Below, piece by piece: positions 19,140 to 28,758 of a stretch of DNA of 64,000 bases. The notes under the pieces are model-generated. The model did no database searches and was not told the DNA's origin. It was given only the letters and a program-made list of their open reading frames with translations. Numbering within the stretch: the stretch's first letter is position 1; each line of letters begins with the position of its first letter. Made by a program: the position numbers and the translations under genes. The stretch covers positions 188,865-252,864 of the forward strand of contig MFNL01000002.1 of NCBI GenBank assembly GCA_001782035.1. Reading direction: 5' to 3'. Source of the stretch: Candidatus Levybacteria bacterium RIFCSPHIGHO2_01_FULL_37_17 (GTDB taxonomy: Bacteria; Patescibacteriota; Microgenomatia; Levybacterales; UBA12049).

Positions 19140-20414
19140 ATGGGGTTAATCCGCAATTTTTCTGGTCTTTCGACAACAACTGAACGCAAAATCGTTTTAG
19201 ATTTAATAGAAGCAGCCCTATCCTCAATACAGCCATCTAATGTACTACAGATTAGTTTCAAGCTCGATAAAAACATTTTAAAAATTAACGACAAAGAGCT
19301 TAATCTTTTAGAATATAAAAGAATTTTCCTAGTTGCATTTGGCAAAGGATCAGCAGGCATTGCTAAAATTATCGAAGACAGCTTGGGACAGAAGCTTACA
19401 AAAGGCTTTTGTATAGATACAAAAGAGGAAAATTTTGACAAAATTGACTTCACGCTAGGCACCCACCCACTTCCTTCCAGGGAAAATATACAATTCACAC
19501 AAAAAGTTTTAGAAAATTTAAAGAATTTAACTCAACAAGATTTAGTTTTAGTAGTAATTTGTGGTGGAGGATCGGTAATGTTTGAACTTCCATTTAAAAT
19601 AACTTTGGAAAAATTAATTGAAGTAAACCAAACGTTGCTTAAAAATGGAGCGACAATTTTTGAAACAAACACAATAAGAAAGCATTTGAGCAGGGTTAAG
19701 GGAGGAGGGCTAGCTAAAGAACTTTTGCCTGCTAAGCTAGTTTCTTTAATTTTCTCAGATGTAGCCGGAAATGACTTATCAACCATTGCCTCAGGAACTA
19801 CAGTTGAGGATCCAACAACAGTTGAAGATGCCTTACAAATCGTTGAGAAATATCAAATGAAAGATTTACTTTCAGAAAATGACTTTATTGAGTCGCCAAA
19901 AGACAAAGATATTTTTAGAAACGTAGACAATATCTTAATGCTAAGCAATCTTACAGCTTTAAACGCAATGCGAGATAGGGCCAATTCGTTGGGAATTGAA
20001 GTACAAATACTAACCAATAAGTTCCAGTCCGAAGCAAAAAAAGCTGCAAAAAGTCTCATTGGAAAAACGAAAAAAGGCAATATACTCTTAGCCGGAGGAG
20101 AAACTACGGTTAAAGTCAACAATTTAAAAGGCGACGGAGGAAGAAATCAGGAAGTTGCACTCTCTTCCCTTTTTGAGCTGGATGAAAATACTACACTAGC
20201 CGCTTTTGATTCGGACGGCTGGGACAATAGCGAAGTGGCGGGAGCAATAGTTGATTACAACTCTTATCTTCGCGCAAAAGAACTTGGCTTAAGCCCTGAA
20301 AAATTTTTAAACGAAAATAACAGTCTTGTATTTTTTAAGCATTTAGGCGATGCTATAATTACAGGGAGACTTCCCTCTAACGTTTCTGATTTATATATAG
20401 TTTATAAAAAATAA
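19140..20414 (+). CDS. Glycerate 2-kinase (MOFRL family)
   Basis: DUF4147 plus MOFRL motifs (GGGSVMFELP, GGETTVKV, GGRNQE). Confidence 0.7.
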   Translation: MGLIRNFSGLSTTTERKIVLDLIEAALSSIQPSNVLQISFKLDKNILKINDKELNLLEYKRIFLVAFGKGSAGIAKIIEDSLGQKLTKGFCIDTKEENFDKIDFTLGTHPLPSRENIQFTQKVLENLKNLTQQDLVLVVICGGGSVMFELPFKITLEKLIEVNQTLLKNGATIFETNTIRKHLSRVKGGGLAKELLPAKLVSLIFSDVAGNDLSTIASGTTVEDPTTVEDALQIVEKYQMKDLLSENDFIESPKDKDIFRNVDNILMLSNLTALNAMRDRANSLGIEVQILTNKFQSEAKKAAKSLIGKTKKGNILLAGGETTVKVNNLKGDGGRNQEVALSSLFELDENTTLAAFDSDGWDNSEVAGAIVDYNSYLRAKELGLSPEKFLNENNSLVFFKHLGDAIITGRLPSNVSDLYIVYKK

Positions 20415-21280
20415 TGGATATTCCTGCCCTTTACGACGACAAACTACGAGAGCTCGAGCTAAAAGCAAACGAAGCTCGGGAGCTTGTTATAAAAACTTTA
20501 CTTGAAGCAGGCTCAGGACACAGCGCCGGCCCTTTGGGAATGGCAGATGTTTTTACCGCTTTTTACTTCCACATTTTAAACCATGATCCTAAAAAACCTG
20601 AATGGGAAGACCGAGACAGGCTTATTCTTTCCAATGGACATATCTGCCCTATTCGATATGTAACAATGGCAATGAGCGGCTACTTTCCAATTGAAGAGCT
20701 TAAAACTTTGCGAAAAATTGATTCCCGTCTTCAGGGACATCCCCACAGAAATGCCCTACCCGGTTTGGAAACAACATCCGGCCCTTTAGGAGAAGGTATT
20801 TCACAGGCAATAGGTGTATCGCTTGCTGCAAAGCTGGATAATAAAAATTACCATACATTTGTAGTTGCTTCGGACGGCGAACACCAGGAAGGAAATACTT
20901 GGGAGGCTTTGATGTTTGCAGGAAAACACAAGCTAAATAATTTAACCTTGGTACTTGATCGAAATAATATACAAATAGACGGATTTACAGAAAATGTAAT
21001 GCCCCTTGAACCACTAAAAGAAAAGTATTCCTCTTTTAACTGGGAGGTATTTGAGGCCGATGGCAATAATATAAGGGAGTTTATAGATGTTATCAAGCTT
21101 GCAAAAAAAGTGTTTGAGAAGCCATCGGTTGTTATTGCGCACACAATACCCGGCAAAGGAGTTTCATTTATGGAAAAGGATTTTCACTGGCATGGAAAGC
21201 CGCCAAACGAGGCAGAGGCTAAAAAAGCATTAAAAGAACTTAGGACTTTACAAGGAAGAATAATTTCGGAACACGAGTAA
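20414..21280 (+). CDS. Transketolase, N-terminal (TPP-binding) subunit
   Basis: GSGHSAGPLGMADV and GDGEHQEGNTWEA TPP-binding motifs. Confidence 0.9.
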   Translation: MDIPALYDDKLRELELKANEARELVIKTLLEAGSGHSAGPLGMADVFTAFYFHILNHDPKKPEWEDRDRLILSNGHICPIRYVTMAMSGYFPIEELKTLRKIDSRLQGHPHRNALPGLETTSGPLGEGISQAIGVSLAAKLDNKNYHTFVVASDGEHQEGNTWEALMFAGKHKLNNLTLVLDRNNIQIDGFTENVMPLEPLKEKYSSFNWEVFEADGNNIREFIDVIKLAKKVFEKPSVVIAHTIPGKGVSFMEKDFHWHGKPPNEAEAKKALKELRTLQGRIISEHE

Positions 21281-22263
21281 TGTTAAATCCAGATTTACAT
21301 CTAAATTCTAAAGTTTTTGATAAAGACGTTGAGCAAAAAGCAACCAGAGAGGGCTTTGGAGAAGCTTTAATTGAGCTAGGTGAACAAAATTCAAATGTCG
21401 TAGTGCTGACAGCAGACCTTTCCGAAAGTACAAGAACAGACGGGTTTGAAAAAAAATTCCCACAGCGTTTTTTCGAAGTAGGGGTTGCAGAACAAAATAT
21501 GGCGGCAATTGCAGCAGGATTGGGCATTTCGGGTAAAATCCCCTTCATATCATCATACGCTTGCTTTTCTCCCGGCAAAAACTGGGAAACAATACGAACA
21601 ACAATTATTTACAATAAGGCAAATGTAAAAATAGCCGGACATCATAGCGGTATTATGACAGGACCCGACGGAGCTACTCACCAGGCAACCGAGGATATTG
21701 CAATAACAAGAGTATGGCCAGGCATAGAAGTTTTTGTCCCATGCGACTCAAATGAAGCGCATTGGGCAACTCTAGAAGCTGCTAGAATTTCCGGTCCTGT
21801 ATATTTAAGATTTACACGAGATAAATCTCCAATAATTACTACTGACAAAACTCCTTTTGATAAAAATGTGCAAATGTATTGGGTAAGCAAAAACCCAAAA
21901 GTTGTGATTTTCGCCTGTGGATATTTGCTCTACTACGCACTTCTTGCAGCTAAAAATCTAGAACAAAAGGGTGTAAATGTCTTGGTGGCAAATATTTCAA
22001 CTATTAAACCCGCAGATGAAAAAACAATTATTGAACTCGCAAAAAAAACAGGTAAAGTTGTAACAGTGGAGGATCATCAAACCTCAGGCGGATTAGGCGG
22101 TATGATTGCTGAAGTTTTATCCAGTAATCTCCCTACTCCCATGGAGTTTATTGGCCTGAGAAACACATTTGCAGAATCAGGGAAACCTTCAGAATTAATA
22201 AAGAAATACAAAATGGACGATAAAGCAATAGAGGAAGCAGTTTTAAGGCATTTAAAAATATAA
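21280..22263 (+). CDS. Transketolase, C-terminal (pyrimidine-binding) subunit
   Basis: Start and stop codons overlap with the N-terminal subunit. Transketolase Pyr and C-terminal domains are present. Confidence 0.9.
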   Translation: MLNPDLHLNSKVFDKDVEQKATREGFGEALIELGEQNSNVVVLTADLSESTRTDGFEKKFPQRFFEVGVAEQNMAAIAAGLGISGKIPFISSYACFSPGKNWETIRTTIIYNKANVKIAGHHSGIMTGPDGATHQATEDIAITRVWPGIEVFVPCDSNEAHWATLEAARISGPVYLRFTRDKSPIITTDKTPFDKNVQMYWVSKNPKVVIFACGYLLYYALLAAKNLEQKGVNVLVANISTIKPADEKTIIELAKKTGKVVTVEDHQTSGGLGGMIAEVLSSNLPTPMEFIGLRNTFAESGKPSELIKKYKMDDKAIEEAVLRHLKI

Positions 22264-22270
22264 GTTTGAT

Positions 22271-23932
22271 ATGGATTTGAATTTATTTGAAGAATTAAAG
22301 ACGGTGATTAAAGGCGACGTGAGCTTTGATGATGAAACTCTTAAAACTTATAGCCACGACGCAAGCATTTTCGAAGTAAAACCAAAAGTTGTTGTTTTTC
22401 CCAAAGACGTTGATGACTTAAAGGCCTTGGTGAAATTCGTAAACGAGCACAAATCTTTGGATAACTCTCTTTCTCTTACCGCAAGATCTGCCGGAACAGA
22501 TATGAGCGGAGGCTCTTTAAATGAATCAATAATTGTATCTTTTACCAAGTACTTTAGTAAAATTCTTGGGATTGAGGGAAATATCGCAACTGCAGAACCT
22601 GGGGTTTATTACAGAGATTTTGAAAAATTTACGCTTCAACAAGGCCTTATATACCCGTCTTATCCAGCTTCAAAAGAAATTTGTGCAATAGGAGGAATCG
22701 TAAACAATAATGCGGGAGGAGAAAAATCACTGCAATACGGAAAAACCGAAAAATACATCAAAAAAATTAAAATGGTCCTCTCCGATGGAAATGAATATGA
22801 ATTTGAACCCCTGTCGGACAGACAGCTTTCCGAAAAATTGCTTTTGCAAAGCTTTGAAGGAGAAGTTTATAGAGGCATTCATGCCTTGGTCTCAAAAAAC
22901 TACGACTTATTACAAAAAGCAAAGCCTACCGTTTCTAAAAATAGCGCTGGTTATTATTTATGGGGTGTATATGACAAGGGAAATAATATTTTTGACTTAA
23001 CTAAGGTTTTGGTGGGAGCTCAAGGAACGCTAGGACTGATGACAGAAGCTAGTCTTGAGCTTTTACCAATTAAAAAACACAGTGAGATGCTTGTAGTATT
23101 TTTGGATGAAAAAGATATGAATAAACTCGGGGAGATAATAAACATAGTGCTACCTCTTGAGCCGGAAAGCTTTGAAACTTATGATGACAACACCTTGAAG
23201 CTTGCGGTTAAGTATTTTCCAGAATTTGCAAAAAAAATGGGTGCAAGAAACGTAATTTCAACGGCATTTCATTTCATTCCGGAATTCTTAATGGTGGCAA
23301 GAAATGGAGTGCCAAAGCTTATTTTACAAATCGAATTTACGGGAAATAATTTTGACGACTTATTGGATAAAATAAAAACGCTAAAAGATAAACTAAAGGC
23401 TTTCAACCTAAAAACCAGAGTTGCCGGAAACGAAAAGCAATCAAAGAAATATTGGCTCATTCGAAGAGAAAGTTTTAATTTGTTAAGGGAAAAAATTAAA
23501 GATAAGCACACTGCCCCATTTATAGACGATATAGTTGTAGCACCACAGCATCTTGAGGATTTTTTGCCAAAATTAAACGAAATTTTATCCAAATATCCAA
23601 CACTTATATATACAATCGCAGGGCATCTGGGTGACGGAAACTTCCACATTATTCCTCTTATGAATTTGCATGAAGCTTCTCAGCGCGAAATTATTCCAAG
23701 GCTGGAAGAAGAGGTTTATGATTTAGTTTTTTCCTACAACGGTTCAACAACCGGCGAACACAACGACGGCTTGGTAAGAAGCAATTATTTGGAAAAAATG
23801 TATGGGAAAGAAGTTTACTCGCTTTTTAAAAAAACTAAAGAGATTTTTGACCCGAAAAATATATTTAATCCCTTAAAAAAGACGGATTTTGACGAAACTT
23901 TTGCCCAAAATCATATTAGGCAGAGCTGGTAG
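22271..23932 (+). CDS. FAD-linked oxidase (GlcD / D-lactate dehydrogenase family)
   Basis: A FAD_binding_4 (PCMH-type) N-terminus and a FAD-oxidase C-terminal domain. Confidence 0.7.
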   Translation: MDLNLFEELKTVIKGDVSFDDETLKTYSHDASIFEVKPKVVVFPKDVDDLKALVKFVNEHKSLDNSLSLTARSAGTDMSGGSLNESIIVSFTKYFSKILGIEGNIATAEPGVYYRDFEKFTLQQGLIYPSYPASKEICAIGGIVNNNAGGEKSLQYGKTEKYIKKIKMVLSDGNEYEFEPLSDRQLSEKLLLQSFEGEVYRGIHALVSKNYDLLQKAKPTVSKNSAGYYLWGVYDKGNNIFDLTKVLVGAQGTLGLMTEASLELLPIKKHSEMLVVFLDEKDMNKLGEIINIVLPLEPESFETYDDNTLKLAVKYFPEFAKKMGARNVISTAFHFIPEFLMVARNGVPKLILQIEFTGNNFDDLLDKIKTLKDKLKAFNLKTRVAGNEKQSKKYWLIRRESFNLLREKIKDKHTAPFIDDIVVAPQHLEDFLPKLNEILSKYPTLIYTIAGHLGDGNFHIIPLMNLHEASQREIIPRLEEEVYDLVFSYNGSTTGEHNDGLVRSNYLEKMYGKEVYSLFKKTKEIFDPKNIFNPLKKTDFDETFAQNHIRQSW

Positions 23933-24842
23933 ATTTTTCTGTAAAGACATTATAAAATTTTATGAAATTGTCGGGAATATTATTTAGCGCTTCTTCACTG
24001 TATGATTCTTTTCTGTAGTACTTCTCCCACGCATCCCAAAAGACAGTCCTTCCTACGGCAAAACCAATTATCCCGGGTATTCCTGCGCCGGCCTTTAGCC
24101 ATTCTTCTACATGCTGCTCATCTGCGCCCCTGCCAAGTATTATAAGACTAACGTTTTGTCTGTGATCTTTCTGTATAGCTGAAACGACTTTATTATAATT
24201 TTCTTTTTCGGAAAATCCTTCTAACTTCCATACATCGGCTTCAATACCGTAATCCTGAAGTTCAGAAATTACCCGCACTGTCAAATCTGCTCTTAAAACT
24301 TTATCGTAGCTTTCATTACTTCCTCCCACCATAGCAAGCTGCTGTTCGGTCGGCAAAACCAATACCTCCAATAAAAATTTGTAGTTATTTTCATGACTGA
24401 AATCATTAAGAATTTTTATATGCCTTTTTTGTTTTTCTCTGGAATCAGGTGGGTCTTCGGGATTAAATTTTATTAAAGTTTTTGTAAAATCAGGCTTATA
24501 TTTTTCTATATGACGACCAAATTCCTGACCATATTCAAACTCAACAATATTTTGACCGCTTTTTTCCGTGGTTAAAATTGTTATAAAACCATCACCCTTA
24601 GCCTCTCTTAAAACATCACTTCCAAATTCCTCATCGCATAATATGCCTGCAAACCCTAGCGGAATTTTTCTATGAACTATTTCCTTAAAGTGATTATAAA
24701 CCAACATTTTAAAATCTCTTATTAAATCTCTTTGTTCTAGGGATAAATACTGAGTTGAGCTATATCCAAAAGAAACCGCAAAAGTTGCTCTGTGGTCAAA
24801 AGGCAAAATATAAAGAGGCTTGTTATATCCGATTTCCTGCAT
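23916..24842 (-). CDS. Class I aldolase-like TIM-barrel protein (DUF2090/LacD-like)
   Basis: LYILPFDHR N-terminal motif. The tentative family assignment is made by recall only. Confidence 0.4.
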   Translation of the reverse strand: MQEIGYNKPLYILPFDHRATFAVSFGYSSTQYLSLEQRDLIRDFKMLVYNHFKEIVHRKIPLGFAGILCDEEFGSDVLREAKGDGFITILTTEKSGQNIVEFEYGQEFGRHIEKYKPDFTKTLIKFNPEDPPDSREKQKRHIKILNDFSHENNYKFLLEVLVLPTEQQLAMVGGSNESYDKVLRADLTVRVISELQDYGIEADVWKLEGFSEKENYNKVVSAIQKDHRQNVSLIILGRGADEQHVEEWLKAGAGIPGIIGFAVGRTVFWDAWEKYYRKESYSEEALNNIPDNFIKFYNVFTEKSTSSA

Positions 24843-24845
24843 AGC

Positions 24846-24986
24846 TTATTTATACCCAAGCATGCTTGAAACGAAGAATACCGAAGTTAAAAGAACGAAT
24901 GCCAAAAGTAACAAAAATGTCAATGAATTATATTCAAATAACTGTTTCCTTGCTTTCCTCGGCGCTGCTTTTTTTCTTTTTGCCAT
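24846..24986 (-). CDS. Small (46 aa) basic-N-terminus single-TM protein, not in the ORF track
   Basis: Translates as MAKRKKAAPRKARKQLFEYNSLTFLLLLAFVLLTSVFFVSSMLGYK. A perfect AGGAGGTGA Shine-Dalgarno lies 6 nt upstream, and the stop is 3 nt before the aldolase-like ATG. Confidence 0.4.
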   Translation of the reverse strand: MAKRKKAAPRKARKQLFEYNSLTFLLLLAFVLLTSVFFVSSMLGYK

Positions 24987-25004
24987 AAATTTTCACCTCC
25001 TAGT

Positions 25005-25057
25005 TTATTATGACATACAAGTACTCCTTGTCAAATGATAATTTACTACTTGACAAG
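25005..25057 (-). promoter_or_regulatory. Sigma-70-like promoter with operator-like palindrome
   Basis: Minus strand: a TTGACA -35 (25029..25034), a 16-nt spacer and a TGTCATAAT extended -10. The -35 sits inside the 8-bp inverted repeat CTTGTCAA-N14-TTGACAAG (25027..25057). Confidence 0.45.
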
Positions 25058-25221
25058 CATAATATTCTAGGATACGCTAAAAATTGTGCTACACCTTATT
25101 GCTGATTTGCTTACAATAAAAGGCTTTCGAAAAAACAAGCGATTTGCCGTAGTTACGGTTGCCTACTCCGACCTAAATAGACAAAGAGAAATTCTTCGAA
25201 AAATTGCCCAGATCTCTAAAT

Positions 25222-26394
25222 CTAGCTAAGTCCTAACCCCAAAACCCCATCGAATAGTAATATGCTCTGTTTCTTTGCGGAAGAAGGATAGTCTGAGCTA
25301 ATCGTTTCCCAAACAACAGCAAGTGCTCTGGGCATATTTAGATCATTATTTATTGCATCTTGGAATTTAGCTTCCAGCTCTGCACAACCTATTTTAGGCT
25401 CATCGTAGGAGGACACTGTTTTCTTAAGTCTTTTAAGTGCGGTTTGAGAAGCCTGCAGGGCCTCCCATGTAAAATTCATTTCCTGTCTATAATGAGTTTG
25501 CAAAAAAAGATATCTAAGAGCCAACGGCTCAAAACCTCTTTTTTTAACATCAGCGAGGGTGTGGAAATTATTTAAACTCTTGCTCATTTTACCACCGTCA
25601 ACTAATAAATGAGCCCCGTGAATCCAGTATTTTACAAAAGGAGCCTCTCCTGTTTTTGCTTCTGATTGAGCAATTTCATTTTCGTGATGAGGAAAAATTA
25701 AATCAACTCCACCCGTATGGATATCTATTCTATTTCCTAATGTGTCTTGGCTCATTGTCGAACATTCGATATGCCATCCGGGTCTTCCCTTCCCCCAAGG
25801 TGATTCAAATCCAAACTCGGAATCGGACACGGACTTCCACAAAGCAAAATCCGCTGCATCATCTTTTGTATACTCATCAGACAATGTTCTTGTACCTGTT
25901 TTTAGCTGTTTTGCATCAATTCTAGATAATTTTCCATAATTTGGAAACCTTGATATATCAAAATAAACCGACCCGTCCTTTTCTACGTAAGCAAAACCTT
26001 TATTAACTAGAGCTTCAATGTACTTAATCATTTTTTCAACATAATCTGTGGCCCTAGGCTGGTCAGAAGGTGCTTTAAGCGGAACATTTAGCTCTTGAGT
26101 GTCATTAATAAAATATTGATAATATTCATTCGTTATTTGATCTATTGTTTTGTTATTTTCGGCTGCTTTTTTAATTATCTTGTCTTCAATATCTGTTATA
26201 TTCTGAACTGATGTAACTTCAAACCCGTTAAATTTTAATGTTCTGTATAAAAAGTCGGAGAAAACAAAAGTTCTTAGGTTCCCAATGTGCATATGGTCAT
26301 AAACAGTTGGTCCGCAAGTGTACATTAAAACTTTTTTACCACTCAAAGGCTTAAATTCTTCTATTGTGTGAGATAGTGTATTATATATTTTCAT
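25222..26394 (-). CDS. cysS: Cysteinyl-tRNA synthetase (short form)
   Basis: HIGN and KMSKS class I motifs. The N-terminus aligns to CysRS (YTCGPTVYDHMHIGNLRTFV). At 390 aa it lacks most of the C-terminal extension. Confidence 0.85.
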   Translation of the reverse strand: MKIYNTLSHTIEEFKPLSGKKVLMYTCGPTVYDHMHIGNLRTFVFSDFLYRTLKFNGFEVTSVQNITDIEDKIIKKAAENNKTIDQITNEYYQYFINDTQELNVPLKAPSDQPRATDYVEKMIKYIEALVNKGFAYVEKDGSVYFDISRFPNYGKLSRIDAKQLKTGTRTLSDEYTKDDAADFALWKSVSDSEFGFESPWGKGRPGWHIECSTMSQDTLGNRIDIHTGGVDLIFPHHENEIAQSEAKTGEAPFVKYWIHGAHLLVDGGKMSKSLNNFHTLADVKKRGFEPLALRYLFLQTHYRQEMNFTWEALQASQTALKRLKKTVSSYDEPKIGCAELEAKFQDAINNDLNMPRALAVVWETISSDYPSSAKKQSILLFDGVLGLGLS

Positions 26395-26903
26395 CCCACA
26401 ATTCCTCCTTTAATCTCGACGCTTCGCTGTGCTCTAAATCTTGCTAAATCTTCTTTTTTTCTTTGTTGTTGATTTAATTCTGTCATCTTCTTCTGTTCTA
26501 CAACTGCTTCTTCTTGCTCAACTGCCTGCCGCTTTTCCTTTTTCTTTTTCTCATAGGCAAAAAGGGGTTCATAATAATTTGTCTGGTGCAGAGAATTTTG
26601 AAATTGTTGAAGTTCTTTTCTTACCTTAGCAAGTTTTTCTTGGGAATCATCTTGGCTTGGAACTTGATTATCTTGAGACGTTGAAGAAGGCTCATAAAAA
26701 TCTTTAACTATTTCCCTTGCATCTTCTGAAAGCTGCGCTTGTACCTCTTTGTTTTGAATATTAGGTGCAGTTGGGCTTTGAGAGTTTTGAGCCTTATTCC
26801 CTAAAATTTGTTTTTTTGTTGTATCTACTACGCTTGAAGCGCTGTCATCCATTGCCGCTTTTCCTTGCTCAAAAAGCTGCCCAAAATTAGAATTTTTGTC
26901 CAC
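26391..26903 (-). CDS. Hypothetical Q/E/K-rich low-complexity protein
   Basis: Overlaps both neighbours. Predicted disordered or coiled-coil. Confidence 0.3.
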   Translation of the reverse strand: MDKNSNFGQLFEQGKAAMDDSASSVVDTTKKQILGNKAQNSQSPTAPNIQNKEVQAQLSEDAREIVKDFYEPSSTSQDNQVPSQDDSQEKLAKVRKELQQFQNSLHQTNYYEPLFAYEKKKKEKRQAVEQEEAVVEQKKMTELNQQQRKKEDLARFRAQRSVEIKGGIVG

Positions 26904-27523
26904 TAAAACTCGCTCCTTCCTTCCATTGCTCTTTGCAACGTTATTTCGTCCGCATATTCAATATCAGCTCCAACCGGCAAACCTCTTCCAATCCTTGTAA
27001 TTTTCAGGTTTTGAAGTTTTGGGTTTTGAGTTTTTAACTCTCCAATTTTTTTTGCTATATACATTGCGGTTGCTTCCCCCTCCATAGTAGGATTTGTTGC
27101 CAATATCACCTCTTGTATGTTTTGAGTTTTGAGCCTTTGGAAAAGCGGTACTATATAAATTTCATCAGGGCCAATATTATTTAATGGGTCAATTTTGCCG
27201 TGTAAAACATGGTACAAACCGTTGTATTTCCCGTTTTTTTCAAAAGCTAAAACATCTAAGGGCTCCTCCACGACACAAACTAGCTCTTGCTGTCTACTTT
27301 TGTTTGAACATATACTGCATGGGCTTTTTTCATCTATCATAAAACAGTTTTCGCAAACCACAGTATCTTTTTTTAAGCTGGAAAGACTGTTTGCAAAAAT
27401 GTCCAGTTGCCCTTGCGGAACATGCAAAAGATAAAAAGTCAGTCTTTGAGCAGTTTTCGGTCCAACTCCAGGAAGCTTTTCGAATGATTCTATTAATTTG
27501 TTTATGGTTTTGGGAATTTGCAT
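26903..27523 (-). CDS. recR: Recombination protein RecR
   Basis: HhH (LPGVGPKTAQRL), a C4 zinc finger and a Toprim domain. Confidence 0.9.
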   Translation of the reverse strand: MQIPKTINKLIESFEKLPGVGPKTAQRLTFYLLHVPQGQLDIFANSLSSLKKDTVVCENCFMIDEKSPCSICSNKSRQQELVCVVEEPLDVLAFEKNGKYNGLYHVLHGKIDPLNNIGPDEIYIVPLFQRLKTQNIQEVILATNPTMEGEATAMYIAKKIGELKTQNPKLQNLKITRIGRGLPVGADIEYADEITLQRAMEGRSEF

Positions 27524-27525
27524 AA

Positions 27526-28428
27526 TTATGAATTTTTAATTGCATCTGCTGCAATCTTTGAAATGGTGAGAACTTCAAGCTTTGGAAACATGTTATAAGA
27601 AGGGATATCAATGCTATCTGACACAAAAACTCGCTCGATTTTACTGTGTTGCAAGAGTTTTTCCGCATGTTTTGCTAAAATCGCATGCGTTGCGAATGCA
27701 TAGACCTTTGTTGCTCCTTCGTTTAACAACAATTCTGATCCCTCCACAAGCGTTTTCCCGGTGGACACCATATCATCAACAATTACTGCGATTTTCCCTC
27801 TTACAAAACCCTCGATTCCCGAATCGCTTATTTCACCGCTGCCTAAATCTCTATTTTTTGTAATAGTAGCAAAAGGAATACCTCCCAAAAGCTCGCTTAC
27901 TTGTTTTATTCTTCTTATGCCTCCCATGTCGGGAGAGACTAAAACCAATTCCTCACTCTTAAAATCTTTTTCAATTCTTTTTGAAAACAAGGCAAGGGCG
28001 GAAAGATGTTTTACCGGGATACTAAACACCTCGGGTATCTTTTGCGAATGCAAATCAAATGTAAAGATTTCACTTGCGCCAACAGTGGAAAGAATTTTTG
28101 CAATAACTTCTAAAGAAACCGCTTCTCCGTCTCTAAAAACATGATCCTGTCTTTGATAGCCAAGATATGGAATTAAGACTTTAACTATCCCTGCTCCACT
28201 TCGCTTTAGGGCGTCAATCATAATAAAAAGCTCCATATAGTTTTCGTCCGGTGGAATTGCAATAGACGCAATTATTAAACACTCTTGCCCAACAACCGAC
28301 TCTCCAATCCTTATTCTTTTTTCTAAATCGGGAAAGACAAAGACTTCAATCGGGGAAAGCCTTAACCCTAATTCCTTAGCAACCTTTAAAGACAGCTTTT
28401 TGCTTGCTGTCCCACTAAAAACCTTCAC
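27526..28428 (-). CDS. prs: Ribose-phosphate pyrophosphokinase
   Basis: PRPP-binding VIVDDMVSTGKTL motif. Length 300 aa. Confidence 0.9.
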   Translation of the reverse strand: MKVFSGTASKKLSLKVAKELGLRLSPIEVFVFPDLEKRIRIGESVVGQECLIIASIAIPPDENYMELFIMIDALKRSGAGIVKVLIPYLGYQRQDHVFRDGEAVSLEVIAKILSTVGASEIFTFDLHSQKIPEVFSIPVKHLSALALFSKRIEKDFKSEELVLVSPDMGGIRRIKQVSELLGGIPFATITKNRDLGSGEISDSGIEGFVRGKIAVIVDDMVSTGKTLVEGSELLLNEGATKVYAFATHAILAKHAEKLLQHSKIERVFVSDSIDIPSYNMFPKLEVLTISKIAADAIKNS

Positions 28429-28467
28429 AAACTTATTGTACTATTTAACTAAGCGAAGTCGCAAGAA

Positions 28468-28758
28468 TTATTGTCCTCCCAAAAGTCCCGAGAGGCCGCC
28501 TTGCATTGTAGAAAGTTTTTTTGCCGCAACTTCCTGTGACTTTTTAACTGCTTCATTTACTGCATCTTTTATGTCGTTGTCAGACCTTCCATTTGTTGTA
28601 ATCTCTTGAATTTTTTGATCACCTGTAATTGTTATTTGAACGCCGTGACTGTCAACGTTAACAATTTCAGCCTGAAGTTCTTTTTGAATCTTCATGGCCT
28701 GGTCTCTCATTCTTTTTAACTCACCCAATTTTGCTAATGGATTATCCATAAAAATCAC
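28468..28758 (-). CDS. ybaB: Nucleoid-associated protein YbaB/EbfC
   Basis: A 96-aa YbaB fold, located between dnaX and recR. Confidence 0.85.
   Translation of the reverse strand: MIFMDNPLAKLGELKRMRDQAMKIQKELQAEIVNVDSHGVQITITGDQKIQEITTNGRSDNDIKDAVNEAVKKSQEVAAKKLSTMQGGLSGLLGGQ

Noticed and set aside
20848-21578. Antisense ORFs within the transketolase genes
   Set aside because: These are overlapping-frame artefacts. Both transketolase subunits have unambiguous motifs.
25027-25057. Inverted repeat as a possible intrinsic terminator for cysS
   Set aside because: It has a 14-nt loop, no U-tract, and lies 165 nt beyond the cysS stop. It fits an operator overlapping a -35 better.
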